A DNA stretch of 63,671 bases, counting the filler, from Dimorphilus gyrociliatus (Eukaryota; Animalia; Annelida): the NCBI GenBank assembly GCA_904063045.1. It is 5 parts of 5 records of this genome, joined end to end, with 100 filler letters (N's around TTAATTAATTAA, not from the genome) between each part and the next. Parts side by side here need not be neighbours in the genome. Positions count along the whole stretch, not along the records: positions 57,896 to 63,671 come from CAJFCJ010000063.1; 4 more parts are not named here. One strand, written 5' to 3'. The translations under genes and the position numbers were made by a program. This document shows positions 60,855 through 63,671 of this stretch, in pieces; the first letter of the stretch is position 1; every line of letters starts with the position of its first letter. The notes under the pieces were generated by a model. That model was not told where the DNA came from, made no database searches, and saw only the letters and a program-made list of their open reading frames with translations.

Positions 60855-62500
60855 AAGTAGACGACATGTATATAGGCACACCCTGAATTCTGATAGGCCA
60901 ATTTGTAATTAACAGTTAAAAATGTTTTTTCACATTAAAGTATTTTTTTTGTCTAAATTTATATAGAAAAAGAGTTATATTTACATAATATTACAGAAAA
61001 TTTGACAAAATCATCATATTTTGTAAATATTATTAGCAAAATATTTCTAGTAATTTTCATAAGTTTTTTCCTTATTTGGCCAAATGACACAATTATTGGC
61101 ACATTTCCTTGACATCCGGTTTGGTATTCAAATAGACATCTCAAACAGCTTTTTTTTCAACTTATTTGCTTTTTTAAGTTAAGTTTCTTAGTTATAGACT
61201 TTTCCAATTACTGTATATTATAGTTATAGTACTTTTTTTAATAATGGTGTGGAGTAAAAATATTAGGGAGCTTGTAGTCAGAAAATATGCAGAAAAAGGG
61301 AAATTAAGGGCCACAGCAAGGGTTCTAGGAATGGCATCATCATCAGTAAGAAATATCATCAACTATATAGAGCCAGAGCAAGACAATAGGGGCGGTCCAA
61401 AGAAGCTTTCAGACAGAGAGATAGCCAGGTTGAAAAGGATCATCAAGAAGCTAAAAGATAATAAGGAAAGGGTCACAGCAGCAAAGGTTTTGAAAGAATT
61501 AGAAGTAGATGTAAGCATTAGAACCATTCAGAGGGAGCTAAAAAGGCAAAATTTAAAATACCAAAGAATCAGGCAAAGAACAGATCTCACCTCTAAAGAT
61601 TATAACAGGGAAAAAGAATATTGCCTCAAAATGATTAGCGATAATCTAGACTTGTCTAGAGTCATTTTCACCAACGAGCTAGATTCTTGCTAACTGCACC
61701 TGATGACTATAGGACCTGGACCAACAATAGCCAAGAGGACTTTAGGGTGACGAAAAATATGGGAAGAGGCCAAGTATTGGTTTGGGGGTTGATCACATTC
61801 CAAGTATGGAGGATAAAGAAAAGATTAAATGCCAAAATTTATAGCTCCTTCATTGTGGAAGATGTTCTTCCTGTTATAGAAGAGATTGAGGCAAAAATGG
61901 GCAGGAAGTACATCTTCCTGCAAGATAATGCTGGCTGCCATACAGCAAGAGCAACAGCAAGGGCCTTTAAAAAAAATGGAATTAAGACCATTGATTGGCC
62001 AGCAAGAAGCCCCAACCTGAGCCCGATTGAAAACATGTGGCACCTAACAAAAACAATGGTCTGTGATGGGCCACAGTTTGAGTCAGAGGATGAATTATGG
62101 GAAAAATTAAAAAGTGTTCCTAAGAGCTCATAAAGAAGAATCCAGAGTTGCTTCCAAATTTGTATGATGGAATGGGCCATAGGATTAGTAAATGTATTGA
62201 AAGGGAGGGTCGGCACATACAAAGATAAAGAAAATTTGAAGTCAAAAGATTATGTTCCAATAATCATGTCATTTGGCCAATAAGAAAAAAAATTGTAAAA
62301 CAATAGTAATTTTTATAAAAAAAAATATGTAAAAACTTACCTAAATGCTTTCTGAAAGAAACTTATATAATATTCCAGGTTTAATCTATAATTTAAGACT
62401 GGGAAAAAATAAAAATAATAATCTTTCTTCATAATGAAAAAGATTATTAATATTTCACCTATGAAAATTCTAGGTGTGCCAACATACCTGTCGTTTACTT
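60855..62500 (+). mobile_element. Full-length Tc1 family A element (DD34E), transposase pseudogene 61244 to about 62230
   Basis: TA|AAGTAGACGAC...GTCGTTTACTT|TA; ~250-bp arms with inner repeats; QDNAGCH-...-WPARSPNLSPIE with 34 residues between D and E; frameshifts near 61685 and 62110. Confidence 0.95.
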
Positions 62501-62619
62501 TATATATTATTAACCAAACTATTTTATGAAAAATACATATATTTAATTAATAAGTAAAAAGGGTATGTTTGCACCTCCTACTTGTGTATTGATTATTTGT
62601 GAACAACTATAAAACTAAG

Positions 62620-63630
62620 GCAACCTTTTTTGAAGTATTACTATTAGTGATCAGTGTTTTCAAATGAAGTTTAATGATATCAAGTAATTGTCAACTATTT
62701 TCAATAATATAATTCTGGAAAGCTGTTTTTCACCTGCCTTTAAAAGATCTCTTTGAATTTGAGTATAAATCTTCCTTTGAAGTCTAACTAGCTTTCTTTC
62801 ATTTAAAAGCTTTTTGTACAGATTTATCAGGTCTACCTTCCTCTTCAACTCATCAATCACTAAATAAATAGAAACACTTTCTTCAAGAATTTTATTGAGC
62901 CTTTGATGATAACCTTCCAAATCATTGTTTGTTCTAATGTTTTGATCAAAAACAGACAAAGTCTCTGGAGACCAGAATTAATTTTTTACCCATGCATTAG
63001 ACACATATTCCAACAAATCAGTCAATTTACTTTCTTGTACCAGTTCATTTGAATTTTAATGAAATGATTTCCAATCATACCATGAGGCAGATATGGCAGA
63101 GACATAATTATTTTCATGAATTCCTGACCTCCTTCTCTTTTTCTAAATTCCCTGCTATAACCAAGTTTCTGAAACAAAATATATATTGCTTTCAATATTG
63201 AACATATTTAACAATTAATGAACCTGTATTTTTCTAAATGTGGCTTGAGACCAGTGAAATGAACATCCAGTCAAGATAGTCTCAGGCCATACACTTTGTA
63301 AAGTTTTCCAAATAGCCTTTCCATAGTCTAAGACTATTTTCTTGGGAGAACAATTTACAGCTAAATCCTTCACAGCCTTAAAAATTTAACATAAATACTT
63401 ATCAGTAAATATATTTATGAAATGTAATTTCTGTTTAAAAGACAGAAAAGAAAAAAGCAATGGAAATTTTTAAAAGAAAACAATATCTTTTACCTAGAAC
63501 ATTAGTTATTTCACAAACAATACTTTCAGAATATTGTTTTGTATTGTTCACAACTTTCTCAAATTTTGGTATTCCATTTTTAAAATCCAAAATTCTTTGT
63601 ATAGGGTGATGGTAGGATAAACTGTTCATA
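62620..63630 (-). mobile_element. Decayed intron-containing MULE transposase
   Basis: IVLDYGKAIW..GCSFHWSQA, IRTNNDLEGYHQRLN; same exon layout as 43650-45973. Confidence 0.88.
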
Positions 63631-63671
63631 GTTATAAATTCACTATTTAAGCAGATTTCTTTTGAGTTGTT

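Noticed and set aside
1-63671. tRNA, rRNA, PBS or telomere arrays
   Set aside because: None recognisable by eye; only two or three TAACCC units inside a MITE.

Overview
This window is not one locus. It is five contigs joined by identical 100-bp artificial spacers (44 N + TTAATTAATTAA + 44 N at 18468, 35726, 47421 and 57796). The complete contigs fall in descending size (17158, 11595, 10275 bp). Contigs 1, 3, 4 and 5 share repeat and gene families and come from an AT-rich, short-intron animal. It is probably a lophotrochozoan; the gene families remind me of dinophilid annelids, which is unverified. These contigs carry a decayed Ty3/gypsy element, two LTR families, Tc1 and MULE transposons and MITEs. 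Mixed among them are mostly disrupted defence-type genes: ribonuclease-inhibitor-like LRR genes (one with a B-box/coiled-coil N-terminus), two DNase I-like genes with long extensions, a non-catalytic serine protease homologue, and two SRCR-CTLD-LDLa-LRR receptor genes of the GRL101 type. Contig 2 (18568-35725) is from a different organism, a microsporidian. It has intronless LCB1, RPL36 and RPB1 (degenerate CTD), CCC motifs before all 8 checkable start codons, Merlin/ISXO2 and Tc1 elements, and two paralogous anchored repeat proteins. The most notable signals are: a cryptic microsporidian parasite, a B-box-CC-LRR candidate sensor family, multi-domain immune-type GPCRs, extended DNase I paralogues both hit by transposons in the same exon, and a sharp CpG-rich versus CpG-depleted mosaic in the animal DNA. 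All homology calls are motif recognition by eye; no searches were run.
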